DNA of 64,000 bases from an uncultured virus (IMG/VR IMGVR_UViG_3300017655_000263) (Duplodnaviria > Heunggongvirae > Uroviricota > Caudoviricetes): positions 1 through 64,000 of IMG/VR virus record IMGVR_UViG_3300017655_000263. One strand, written 5' to 3'. Below are positions 1 to 8,992 of this stretch, piece by piece. How positions within the stretch are numbered: position 1 is the first letter of the stretch; the number at the start of each line of letters is the position of its first letter. The position numbers were made by a program, and so were the translations under genes. A model generated the notes under the pieces. The model saw nothing but the letters and a program-made list of their open reading frames with translations, searched no databases and was not told the origin of the DNA.

Positions 1-234
1 ATGTCACCAAAATCTGTGCACGTAACGAAGGATCCGAAAGGTGGTTGGAAAGTGGTTCCAGCCAAAGGCAAATCGATTGGCACGCTCGAAACCCAAAAAG
101 AAGCACAAAACGTGGGGAGGGACCTTCTCAGGAATACAGGAGGTGGAGAACTCGTGATCCACAATCGAGAAAACCTCATCCGCCAGAAAGATACGATCGC
201 CCCGGCAAAAGATCCGTATCCACCTAAGGGTTAG
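1..234 (+). CDS. DUF2188-family small protein (start at window edge)
   Basis: HV..(D)PKGGWKV, TQKEA...GR, GELVIHNREN.IR and C-terminal DPYPPKG match the DUF2188 pattern. Confidence 0.75.
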   Translation: MSPKSVHVTKDPKGGWKVVPAKGKSIGTLETQKEAQNVGRDLLRNTGGGELVIHNRENLIRQKDTIAPAKDPYPPKG

Positions 235-380
235 TTAGCTGTCCCCCTTCGCTTAGCGGCCCTGGCGTTCGCAACCTGCGCCATCACCGATGTGGGAGAG
301 ACGCTAATTCTCGTGTAACCACTCTAAGCGATTCGCCTGTCTACACCTCCCTCTTAGTCAATTCTTCAACTTCCACATTT

Positions 381-398
381 ATAGAATATTTGTTCTAT
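381..398. promoter_or_regulatory. Palindromic operator resembling a Gram-positive/Chloroflexi-type LexA box, upstream of CBASS
   Basis: ATAGAATATTTGTTCTAT; core AGAAT-ATTT-GTTCT is one mismatch from AGAAC-N4-GTTCT and sits in an AT-rich promoter-like stretch. Confidence 0.5.
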
Positions 399-501
399 TA
401 TCATGTATAGTCAGTTATCATCCTGTCCCCGCGCTTCCAGGCAGCCCCGCCCTGTTTCCGGGTGCCGACGTTACCGGCGCAAGTAGCTCACAGGAGTAAA
501 A

Positions 502-1560
502 ATGGCCGACGTCCAGAAGCATTTTGAGCAGTTCAACGACACGATCAAGCTCAAGAGATTTGATCAGAACCAAACTCTCCGTGAAAAGAGAGACATTGTT
601 CAAAGTAAGTTGAAAGATCGGCTTCCTCAAGTTTTCGCTGACCACAAGGAAGAATATCGCGTGCCCCGCTTTAGAGATCAGGGTAGCTATGAGATGGGGA
701 CTGGAATCAAACCCCTCCATGGTGACTACGACATAGACCAAGGCGTGTATTTCGATGTCAGCACTGAAGACTATGAGGACCCTGTCACGCTGAAGAAGCG
801 TGTCCACGAAGCACTTGATGGTCACACAAAACGCGTTGAGATTCGCAGATCGTGCGTCACCGTCTTCTACCAGCAGGATGATGAACCAATCTATCACGTC
901 GACCTAGCGGTGTATTCCAATGGGTCCGCTAACGCAGATGGTAAGAGCAAGCTCGCTAAAGGGAAAGTCGGCTCCTTAGAGGAGAACAAGTTCTGGGAAA
1001 TATCCAACCCCCAAAAGCTCTCCGAGGCCATTCTTGGCATGTTTCCCGATTCAGTCGAACGTGCTCAATTCCGCAGGCTCGTCCGCTACCTAAAGCGCTG
1101 GAGAGACAAAAAATTCTCCTTGGATGGTAACGGTAAGCCGTCTGGGATCGCTCTCACCGTGGCCGTCTCTAATCTCCTGCAGCCTGTCATCACAGATACA
1201 TTCTCCGGGAGAGCGGACGACCTCACTGCCATCACCAACGTAGTAAGAAGCATGATCAACAGCTTCTCCTACACGATAAGCGAGGAGACTGGGAACATCG
1301 TCGAGCGGTTCGTAACCAAGCTTCCCATTGACCCATACGGCGATCTCTTCGAGCGCATGACAGATAATCAGATGTCTGTGTTTAAGGAAAGACTAGAGAC
1401 CCTTCTGGAGACTCTTGAAGTCGCGTCCGAACTGAGTGACGAGATTGAGGCCTGCAAGGAACTGCGCCGCCAATTCGGAGACGACTTCCCGGTGCCTGAG
1501 GAGAAGGAAGCATCTAGGATTCACGGTCGCGCTATCGTTTCGTCCAGTAGTAGCGCCTAG
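502..1560 (+). CDS. CBASS cGAS/DncV-like nucleotidyltransferase (CD-NTase)
   Basis: QGSYEMGT, DYDIDQG and HVDLA pol-beta motifs, RYLKRWRD helix, FGDDFP near the C-terminus, small-residue tail ending SSSSSA; SD AGGAG; operon context. Confidence 0.93.
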   Translation: MADVQKHFEQFNDTIKLKRFDQNQTLREKRDIVQSKLKDRLPQVFADHKEEYRVPRFRDQGSYEMGTGIKPLHGDYDIDQGVYFDVSTEDYEDPVTLKKRVHEALDGHTKRVEIRRSCVTVFYQQDDEPIYHVDLAVYSNGSANADGKSKLAKGKVGSLEENKFWEISNPQKLSEAILGMFPDSVERAQFRRLVRYLKRWRDKKFSLDGNGKPSGIALTVAVSNLLQPVITDTFSGRADDLTAITNVVRSMINSFSYTISEETGNIVERFVTKLPIDPYGDLFERMTDNQMSVFKERLETLLETLEVASELSDEIEACKELRRQFGDDFPVPEEKEASRIHGRAIVSSSSSA

Positions 1561-3294
1561 ATGGATATAGAGGTAAGAGTTGGGGAAGTTGTCGAAGCCC
1601 TCGAAGAATTCCTCACAGACATCACCCCTCTTCCCAACCCCAATGGATCGCATGGATTTGAGGGGAGGCTAGAGATAGATGGCAAGTCGGTTACCCTCTC
1701 GGCGGTCTTGAGTTATGATTTTCCCTTCTCTCTCCCTCGCTATTACTTGAAGCCTTGGGATGCTCTCGGCCGATTGCCTCACATCATGGACAACGGGAAC
1801 ATCTGCTTCCTGAGCCCCGAGGGAACTGTCGCCGATGCTGACCTCCAGGGGGACATCGTGCGAGAATCACTCCAGTTAGCGGTTGATGTACTTGTCGATG
1901 GAGCATCCGGAAAGAACCGCGATGACTTCATGGATGAGTTCTACGCCCACTGGAATAGACTTGAGTCAGATCTTCAGGTCAGGACCATATTCACCCCCAC
2001 AGACCAGACCAAACTTCTCGACGTACTAGTCGATGACAAGGGGGTGAAATGGATTGGTGACTCACCAGGCGATTTCAAGCGATTCAGTCCCACCTTCACC
2101 CTGGAAGGTGCAGTCCAAGAGCGATCAGCTGTCTACCTACCGTTGAAGGAAGGGAGTGTATTTGCCCCTCCTTGGAGAGATCAACCATTCTGGTCTATTA
2201 CAGAGTTCAGGGCCAACATCCTCGAGAATCTGAACGATGATGCCAAGGGGCGACTAAGATCAATCCGTCGTAGAACCCATAATGAAGCACTGTGGGTCAT
2301 AGCTGGTATTCCCAGACCCTCCGAGGGTAAAGCCTTGGTCGGAATTAAATTCTCCGAGTTCAGCAACGCCACGCACCCACTCTCGCCTTCAGGGAATCCT
2401 CGACAGATTCAGCCTTTCAGGGTGGAGAGAGTAGACCAAGAAGTTCTGATATCCCGTGGTGGTGGTCACCACGACATCGCGGGGATACGAGCACTTGTCG
2501 TAGGGGCTGGTGCCGTTGGCGGGCGAGTTGTTTCTGAGCTCGCCCAATCAGGCATTCGCAGTATCACTGTTGTGGATCATGATGACTTCAACCCCGAAAA
2601 CACCTTCAGGCACCACCTGGGGAAATTCTACTGGGGGACGAACAAGGCTCTCGCTATGAAGTTTGCTATCGAGCTAGAGTTGCCATATGTAGAAGTTACT
2701 GCTGTCCAAAAGAGCATTCAGAATGCGATAGCGACGGGTGCTGTCTTGCTAGATGACTTTGACTTAGTGGTGATCGCTTTAGGCAGCCCAACTATCGAGC
2801 TGGCCATGAACCAAATGGTCATAAATATGACGAGTGAAAAGCATGTCATATTTACTTGGACAGAACCGCTTGGCATCGGTGGCCATGCACTTCTTGTTCG
2901 ACCTGGTACTCCAGGGTGCTTTCGATGTCTCTACAAAGACAGTGACAACCCCGAGGAGCATTTCACCAACCGAGCATCCTTCGCTGGTCCGAATCAACGC
3001 TTCGGTAAAGACCTGACTGGCTGTGGGTCGCTATACACACCTTACGGCTCGACTGATGCAGCGATGACTTCTGTGCTGGCTGTTCAGCTAGCACTGGATG
3101 CCCTTACCGGCGTTGAATCCGGCAGCCCGCTTCGGTCCTGGAAGGGGAGTGCTCGAGCATTTCTTGATCAAGGATTCCGGCTATCTAGTCGATACCATTC
3201 CTCCACTCAAGATATGGTCAACCATCAGTACAGCTATAAAAACGACGACTGTCCCGTCTGCAGTAAATTCTCCAGTGAGGATTTCATGTCTTGA
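1561..3294 (+). CDS. cap2: CBASS Cap2 (E2-like domain fused to E1/ThiF)
   Basis: N-terminal E2-like FPFSLP...LPHIMDNGNIC; C-terminal VVGAGAVGG, VVDHD, N.FRH, GCFRCL and CPVC zinc site; directly follows the CD-NTase. Confidence 0.92.
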   Translation: MDIEVRVGEVVEALEEFLTDITPLPNPNGSHGFEGRLEIDGKSVTLSAVLSYDFPFSLPRYYLKPWDALGRLPHIMDNGNICFLSPEGTVADADLQGDIVRESLQLAVDVLVDGASGKNRDDFMDEFYAHWNRLESDLQVRTIFTPTDQTKLLDVLVDDKGVKWIGDSPGDFKRFSPTFTLEGAVQERSAVYLPLKEGSVFAPPWRDQPFWSITEFRANILENLNDDAKGRLRSIRRRTHNEALWVIAGIPRPSEGKALVGIKFSEFSNATHPLSPSGNPRQIQPFRVERVDQEVLISRGGGHHDIAGIRALVVGAGAVGGRVVSELAQSGIRSITVVDHDDFNPENTFRHHLGKFYWGTNKALAMKFAIELELPYVEVTAVQKSIQNAIATGAVLLDDFDLVVIALGSPTIELAMNQMVINMTSEKHVIFTWTEPLGIGGHALLVRPGTPGCFRCLYKDSDNPEEHFTNRASFAGPNQRFGKDLTGCGSLYTPYGSTDAAMTSVLAVQLALDALTGVESGSPLRSWKGSARAFLDQGFRLSSRYHSSTQDMVNHQYSYKNDDCPVCSKFSSEDFMS

Positions 3295-3788
3295 GTAGCG
3301 ACCTTCACCCCCCCCTGGTCTTCCAGCGATCGGGAAAAGGACAGTTAATTGTCTCCAGAGAAGCTCTTGGAACTATTCTGCCCTATCGCCAATTTTCTCT
3401 TTCCAGCCATGAGGCTGGAGGCGTCATGCTCGGAAGATACTCTGCAAGCTCCGAGGACATAATTATGGAGTCGGTGACAACTCCCCAATCACGAGACAAG
3501 CGATCGAGATACCGCTTTCATCGTGCCAAGCAGCCCCATCAACTCATGATTGATGAAGCATGGAGGCGGAGTGGAGGCATTACAACTTACCTCGGCGAAT
3601 GGCACACCCACCCCGAGGAGGATCCTATTCCTTCGATGATTGACCGGATTAGCTGGACAAAAAAGTTGATGGTCGACAACTTCTCGGAGGCAATCTTCTT
3701 CATGATCCTAGGAACTGCAACAGTTCGAGTTTGGGAGGGCGCTCATCGGCATCCGGCCCAGCACTTTATCGGAGAGCGCTCAATATGA
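3291..3788 (+). CDS. cap3: CBASS Cap3 JAB/MPN isopeptidase
   Basis: EAGGVMLG and YLGEWHTHPE..P.PS..D JAMM motif; TTG start overlaps the Cap2 stop. Confidence 0.92.
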   Translation: MSSDLHPPLVFQRSGKGQLIVSREALGTILPYRQFSLSSHEAGGVMLGRYSASSEDIIMESVTTPQSRDKRSRYRFHRAKQPHQLMIDEAWRRSGGITTYLGEWHTHPEEDPIPSMIDRISWTKKLMVDNFSEAIFFMILGTATVRVWEGAHRHPAQHFIGERSI

Positions 3789-4993
3789 GTCCGAGGAAAA
3801 CCGGAAGAGGGTCCCGCCCTCCCATCCCAGAGCCTATTAAGAGAATTCTATGGGCAAAGGCTGCTGGGCGATGTGAGTTTCGAGGCTGTAACAAACTGGT
3901 CTACAGGGACAGTCTTACCCAACAGCAATCAAATCTGGCCACCATTGCCCACATAGTCAGCTACAGTCCTAATGGTCCAAGAGGTGATGAGGTTAGATCT
4001 CCCCAACTAGCAACAGACATAGCAAACCTGATGCTGACCTGCCTAGTACACGGTAAAGTAGTTGACGACGATGATAAGGTGGTCGATTACCCAGAAGAGT
4101 TGCTCTTAGAGTACAAACGCGAACATGAAGATCGCACTCGAATGCTTACTGCGATTACTGATGAGGCACAAACCCATGTGCTAATAGTCAACGCTCCGAT
4201 CGATGGACAACGTTTCGAGATCAGTCAGCAAGCTGCCTACAAGGCGATCCTGCCCAAGTACTCTGATTCAGAAAAGCCGACCACTATAGATTTGACTTCG
4301 ATAAACCTTCCGCCTAGCACGGAAAATGTATTCTCTGTCTTATCTGGACAACTCTCTGATGATATCCGCCGCTTCCGTGGCAGCCTCCCATACGGCCATG
4401 CTGATAAGTCAATCTCAGTGTTCGCCCTCGCACCAATTCCCTTACTGGTACACCTTGGGTATGAATTAGGAGATCTCGACGAAGTTGATTTATACCAGCG
4501 GCATCGCGGGAGCCAGTCATGGACTTGGAAAGAATCTGACGAAAGCGATAGCGATATTGACATAGCTCAGCTCTATACCGTCGATTTTCCGACCAACGTT
4601 GATTCAGATGCAGAGGTCGTCCTCGCCATTTCTATAAGCGCATCTGTCCGTCAGCAGCAAATCGATGCAACTGTCGGGCAGAATGCAGCGGTATTCTCCA
4701 TTCGAGCTAACGAACCGGGGCCGGATTTTCTTCGGTCTAAAAGGCGTCTGGAGTTCTTTGGCTATGAGTTTCGACGACTATTAGAGAGTATTCGATTGCG
4801 ATATGGCAGGGGCAAAACGGTGCATCTGGTAGGCGCTATTCCCTCTCCTGTAGCAATCGAAGCTGGCCGCAGCATAGAACGCCATCACCCACCGTTCAAG
4901 GTCTATGAGTATGACAAGCCAGCTGAATCCTATTTTGCAGGACTGATCATTAATGAAAGAGGAAAAGATGAGCAACGAACCACGACTCTTTAG
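3785..4993 (+). CDS. CBASS effector, HNH-SAVED (Cap5-like)
   Basis: N-terminal LWAKAAGRCEFRGC...AHIVSYSPNGPRG...NLMLTC..H HNH; C-terminal SAVED (VFALAPIPLL..LG, YQRHR..W.W, VHLVGAIP). ATG at 3785 overlaps the Cap3 stop (ATGA). Confidence 0.9.
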   Translation: MSPRKTGRGSRPPIPEPIKRILWAKAAGRCEFRGCNKLVYRDSLTQQQSNLATIAHIVSYSPNGPRGDEVRSPQLATDIANLMLTCLVHGKVVDDDDKVVDYPEELLLEYKREHEDRTRMLTAITDEAQTHVLIVNAPIDGQRFEISQQAAYKAILPKYSDSEKPTTIDLTSINLPPSTENVFSVLSGQLSDDIRRFRGSLPYGHADKSISVFALAPIPLLVHLGYELGDLDEVDLYQRHRGSQSWTWKESDESDSDIDIAQLYTVDFPTNVDSDAEVVLAISISASVRQQQIDATVGQNAAVFSIRANEPGPDFLRSKRRLEFFGYEFRRLLESIRLRYGRGKTVHLVGAIPSPVAIEAGRSIERHHPPFKVYEYDKPAESYFAGLIINERGKDEQRTTTL

Positions 4994-5219
4994 CCTCCAT
5001 CGCAACTTTGACGAGAGTGGAATCAGCGGTAAGGGACGTGTGCTTGACGGCATCGTATTCCACAATGGCCAAGTAGTCGTTTGCTGGCGGTCAGACATCA
5101 ACGAAGACAAGCCGGGCTTTTCCAGTCTGGGTATTTACCCAACATGGGAAGCCTTCATGTTTGTTCATGTTGATCCTCATCCAAATAATAAAACTGAAAT
5201 CAGATTCAAGGACGAGTAG
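4968..5219 (+). CDS. Small conserved phage-type hypothetical protein
   Basis: RLFSLHR..DESG.SG.GRV.DG..F.NGQVVV.W resembles a common phage family; SD GAGG; overlaps the effector 3' end. Confidence 0.6.
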   Translation: MSNEPRLFSLHRNFDESGISGKGRVLDGIVFHNGQVVVCWRSDINEDKPGFSSLGIYPTWEAFMFVHVDPHPNNKTEIRFKDE

Positions 5220-5236
5220 TTGCTCGTGGAGGCTCT

Positions 5237-5701
5237 ATGGCTTGGCGGGAGGTTGTGGATGTTGCAACGCTGATCTCTGGATCGGCGGCATTTGGTGCTC
5301 TGGTAGTAGCTATTCGTTCGAACCAAATGACATCAAAGGCAATCGAGGCAGATGTACTTCTCAGGCTAGAAGGGGTAGTGGCTGCTCATGCCAGGGCATA
5401 TTCCCTACTTCGACCGTCAGGAGCGTGGGGCGACGCTAAAGCCGGCCCCAATACCGGCGAAGAATGGGAGATGGTGGATGAGTATATGGGATTCTTCGAG
5501 ATCCTAAATACGTTGGTCGAGCAGAAAATCCTTTCGGTTCAGCATGTCAAAGACTTCTACGAATATAGATATGACAATATCATCTCAAACGATTTAATCC
5601 GAAGAGAAAAACTAGTTCACGAGAGGAATGATTGGGGAGGCTTCTTGCGGTTAGGGGAAAAACTGGGGCTTATCGTAGATGAAGATGGAAATGTGTTCTA
5701 G
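5237..5701 (+). CDS. Hypothetical protein with N-terminal transmembrane helix
   Basis: Hydrophobic N-terminus (ATLISGSAAFGALVVAI); SD GGAGG. Confidence 0.6.
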   Translation: MAWREVVDVATLISGSAAFGALVVAIRSNQMTSKAIEADVLLRLEGVVAAHARAYSLLRPSGAWGDAKAGPNTGEEWEMVDEYMGFFEILNTLVEQKILSVQHVKDFYEYRYDNIISNDLIRREKLVHERNDWGGFLRLGEKLGLIVDEDGNVF

Positions 5702-5710
5702 CCAGAAGGC

Positions 5711-6187
5711 CTAAACCGCCACCCTCTCCAACTCACCCAGACTTCTATCCCGCTGCTCTTTGAGATCCGCCAATTCCTGGGTCGTCAGCTCCCGCATCTT
5801 CTGCTCGAAGATGGGGACTAGCTCGGAATACACAGCGCCTGTCTGCTGATTGACTCGAAGCTCGTACCTCTCACCAGTCTGAATCATGATGGGCTGGCCA
5901 TGTTCGTCTACGTCTAACGCTTGCTGCGATTCCAGCACTCCGTCGGCTATCACTGTGATTGATGACATCTCATCTGGATCTATAGATAATCCTAGAGGAC
6001 TCGACAGCCCCTTGAGGTGGCAATTAGGACATTTGCCAGCCTGAAGCCCCACAAATTGCGGTTCTGGGAACTGTTCCAGGATTTGAGCGGTCGTGAGGTC
6101 ATAAGGTGTAGAGTCTACTGCCTCACCTGAGAACTGCCAGCGATAGGGGCAGTTACCACAGATCCATGTTTTGACAGCAGCTTCCAT
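5711..6187 (-). CDS. Phage protein with zinc ribbon (CGNC...CPNC)
   Basis: Two CxxC pairs; coupled to the upstream fibre gene by a TAATG overlap. Confidence 0.6.
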   Translation of the reverse strand: MEAAVKTWICGNCPYRWQFSGEAVDSTPYDLTTAQILEQFPEPQFVGLQAGKCPNCHLKGLSSPLGLSIDPDEMSSITVIADGVLESQQALDVDEHGQPIMIQTGERYELRVNQQTGAVYSELVPIFEQKMRELTTQELADLKEQRDRSLGELERVAV

Positions 6188-8949
6188 TAGTATTCTCCTT
6201 CAAAAATATAAGTGGCAACATATGATCCGGGATTTCCATCGCCTCTCTCTATTCGAACAGTGACGCCATCTGGAAACACACCTGTCGGAAGATTATTTGT
6301 GTGGGTAGCAGCCAGGACACCCTTCATATAGTACTTAACATTAACTCCTGGGTTATAGACCATTGCTACATTCTCAGATTGATATGCTTGAGTAAGTGAT
6401 GCCTTAATATCGGTTTTGGTCGTCGATGATCCATTACCATTATGGGCATAGAACATATTTTCAAATACCGTGTAGCAGCCCACCCCCTTAGCGTTTTTGA
6501 TGCTAGCGGTAGTATGGGAACTCAACAAACCAAGAGACATCTTTACTCCCGAGCCCAGTCCGTAAGTCAGGGCGAAATCAAATGCCATACTGAATTTATT
6601 ACTGTATGAAATCCCGGATCTTGATCCAGGATACAAATCCCACTGAGCATAATCCCCCGAATTTTCCCCCTGAAACCCCATGCCATAATTGGGAGAATAT
6701 GTCACCGATTTAGATGAATCAACCAAGAGTCCACCATCAGACCGCTTGAGCCCATCAAATTGAAAGTGGTTGAAGAGCCTATTTTGATAGGCAGTACCTC
6801 CTTCCCCGCCACCAGCATTGGCAGCCACATATGCCTTGATCGCCTTCTGACTTGGCACCTTGGTATCCGAGTCAGCGGCTAACGTGGCGTCTGTATCAAG
6901 ATCAGCCGCGGCCGCGGTACCCAACGTTGGCTTATTGAGAATCTGCCCCAGACCAGAGGTGGCATCCCAGTCACTTTGTACCTGAGCTGAGGGAATAGAC
7001 GGCCTATTTGTCAGGTCGTCATATGAGCCTGAAGTGGCAACAGTCGCCAGATCTTCCGGCTGTACTGCACTGGCAGCCAAGCCTCCTTGGGTAGCGGTGG
7101 CAAAATCGGCTGTATCCGCACTCGACGCACTACCTAGCGTCGGCTTGTTGGAGAGGCTGTCGTAGTCGCCATCAAACAGCGCTGGTTTGTTGAGGATCCG
7201 AGCATCTCCAGAAGAAGCATTCCAGTCAGACGGCACATTCTTCTGAGCGTCGGCTTCAATATCAGCCAGTTTCGATCTCTCGGATGGCGACAAGATTTTA
7301 TTGGTGTCGCCCTCCACCATGTTGTCCATGTCGAAGGCATCGGCCGCGACACTATTCGGGTCATAGGTCGCCCTGACCATGTCTCCCCCACCAGGCAACT
7401 CAGCCCAAGAAGGGTCGGCACCATCAGTAGTCAGCCACTTCCCGGAATTCCCGGCTTGGTCGGGCAGACTGTCCCCCACCTCAATCTCAGCCCATGAACC
7501 ATCACCCTTGTAATACGTCGTCGAACTTGGGGTTCCAGTGGCATCTATATCGGCCACAGCTACCTTGTCTTTGGCGGCCAACTCTCCCAATTCATCGGGT
7601 TGGATGGCCGACTCGGCCAAAGCACCTTGTTCGGCAGTGGCGAAGTCAGTAGTGCTGGCCGCGGCAGCGCTGCCAAGGGTCGGCTTGTTCTTTATGAAGG
7701 CATCGGATGATGAGTTGGATTCGTTGAAGTCGGCCTGCACATTGACCTCAGCCCCGGCAGCAATCCCGTCTACCTTGTTCTTGAGTGCGGTAGTGAAGCT
7801 GGCAGTCGTTGAATCCAGCACAGATTTGTTGGTGTGGGAGTGACGAGCAGCGGTGTTGGCGGCCACATCACTATTGGCCTCAACCAGCTCATCAGAGAAA
7901 TAGAGATTGGCATCGCCTTCGGGCACATCATCAGAGGAATCGGGCCCTGGTGAAAGCTCTGTATAGGCGGATCCATCCCAGCGATACACCCTGTTGGTGT
8001 CCCGGGCGACATAGATGGTGCCGGTACTGCCGGTTGAGGGGAAGGCATCAGTGTCATCGAACTCCAGTACCTCAGATACAGCAGAAGGCAGCTGCGAGCT
8101 TGGAACCTTGCCGGATCCATCGAGCGTGGCCAGACCATTGTTCTGTCCCTTCTGGGCGGTAATCCGGGCGTCTGCGGCGGTGTTGAAGTTGGATATCGTG
8201 CTGGCGGTTTGGGTACCGGTATGGTTGGCCCTGTTTTTCAAATTGGCATCGGTATCATTGGCTGTCGCGCCATCTTGCAAGCTAGACAGCTTGCTGTCTT
8301 TACTCTCGGTATAGCTGGCGGTGGTACCATCCAGAATTGCCTTGTTGTTGTGAGAGTGAGAGGCAGCTTTACTGGCCGCAACATCACTATTGGCCGAAAC
8401 GGCAGTCTGGAAGTCAGAGATAGTGGATGCAGCCTGGGAGCCAGTGTGTGTCGAGCGACTGCGTAGTTGGGCATCGGTAGCATTCTTGGTAGCCTGGGCT
8501 GCTATCCCATCGAGCTTGGACTCATCGGCAGTGGTGAAGGAAGCGGTGGTTGCATCCAAGACCTCCTTGTTGTCATGGTCATGCCGGACGGCAGTATTGG
8601 CAGAGACATCATCGTTGGCCGAGACAGTCGCCTGGAAGTTCGAGATGGTATTGGCGGTCTGGGTACCGGTGTGATTGGCACGCTTGGTGGCGTCAGTATT
8701 TGGGACTGAGCCGAGGCCAACGTCTGCCTTGGTAGTACCCTCCCAGCCAGTAGTGCCATCGGACTTCTTCTTCAGCGAGTGACCAGTAGTTGCATCGGCA
8801 GCAGCGGCCGCCCCAACTCCTACCTTGGTTTCAAGCTGAATAATGGCGGCGTTCTTGTCGTTGTTGTCTGTGGTAGGGATGAGATCGCCCGTGGCTCTGT
8901 CTGGCAGAGAGGTGGTCGTATCAATAGCGTCGGGGAAGAGTGAAGGCAT
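6187..8949 (-). CDS. Fibre-like virion protein with internal repeats and a distinct C-terminal domain
   Basis: Three copies each of RANHTGTQ/RSTHTGSQ, HxHxNK..LD and (Q/P)xD(W/F)...I.NKP; GLATLDGSGKVPSSQLP; last about 200 aa differ in composition (possible receptor-binding tip). Confidence 0.7.
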   Translation of the reverse strand: MPSLFPDAIDTTTSLPDRATGDLIPTTDNNDKNAAIIQLETKVGVGAAAAADATTGHSLKKKSDGTTGWEGTTKADVGLGSVPNTDATKRANHTGTQTANTISNFQATVSANDDVSANTAVRHDHDNKEVLDATTASFTTADESKLDGIAAQATKNATDAQLRSRSTHTGSQAASTISDFQTAVSANSDVAASKAASHSHNNKAILDGTTASYTESKDSKLSSLQDGATANDTDANLKNRANHTGTQTASTISNFNTAADARITAQKGQNNGLATLDGSGKVPSSQLPSAVSEVLEFDDTDAFPSTGSTGTIYVARDTNRVYRWDGSAYTELSPGPDSSDDVPEGDANLYFSDELVEANSDVAANTAARHSHTNKSVLDSTTASFTTALKNKVDGIAAGAEVNVQADFNESNSSSDAFIKNKPTLGSAAAASTTDFATAEQGALAESAIQPDELGELAAKDKVAVADIDATGTPSSTTYYKGDGSWAEIEVGDSLPDQAGNSGKWLTTDGADPSWAELPGGGDMVRATYDPNSVAADAFDMDNMVEGDTNKILSPSERSKLADIEADAQKNVPSDWNASSGDARILNKPALFDGDYDSLSNKPTLGSASSADTADFATATQGGLAASAVQPEDLATVATSGSYDDLTNRPSIPSAQVQSDWDATSGLGQILNKPTLGTAAAADLDTDATLAADSDTKVPSQKAIKAYVAANAGGGEGGTAYQNRLFNHFQFDGLKRSDGGLLVDSSKSVTYSPNYGMGFQGENSGDYAQWDLYPGSRSGISYSNKFSMAFDFALTYGLGSGVKMSLGLLSSHTTASIKNAKGVGCYTVFENMFYAHNGNGSSTTKTDIKASLTQAYQSENVAMVYNPGVNVKYYMKGVLAATHTNNLPTGVFPDGVTVRIERGDGNPGSYVATYIFEGEY

Positions 8950-8992
8950 AGGGAATTACGGAGGAGTTTGTATCCCTATTATACCAGTGCGC

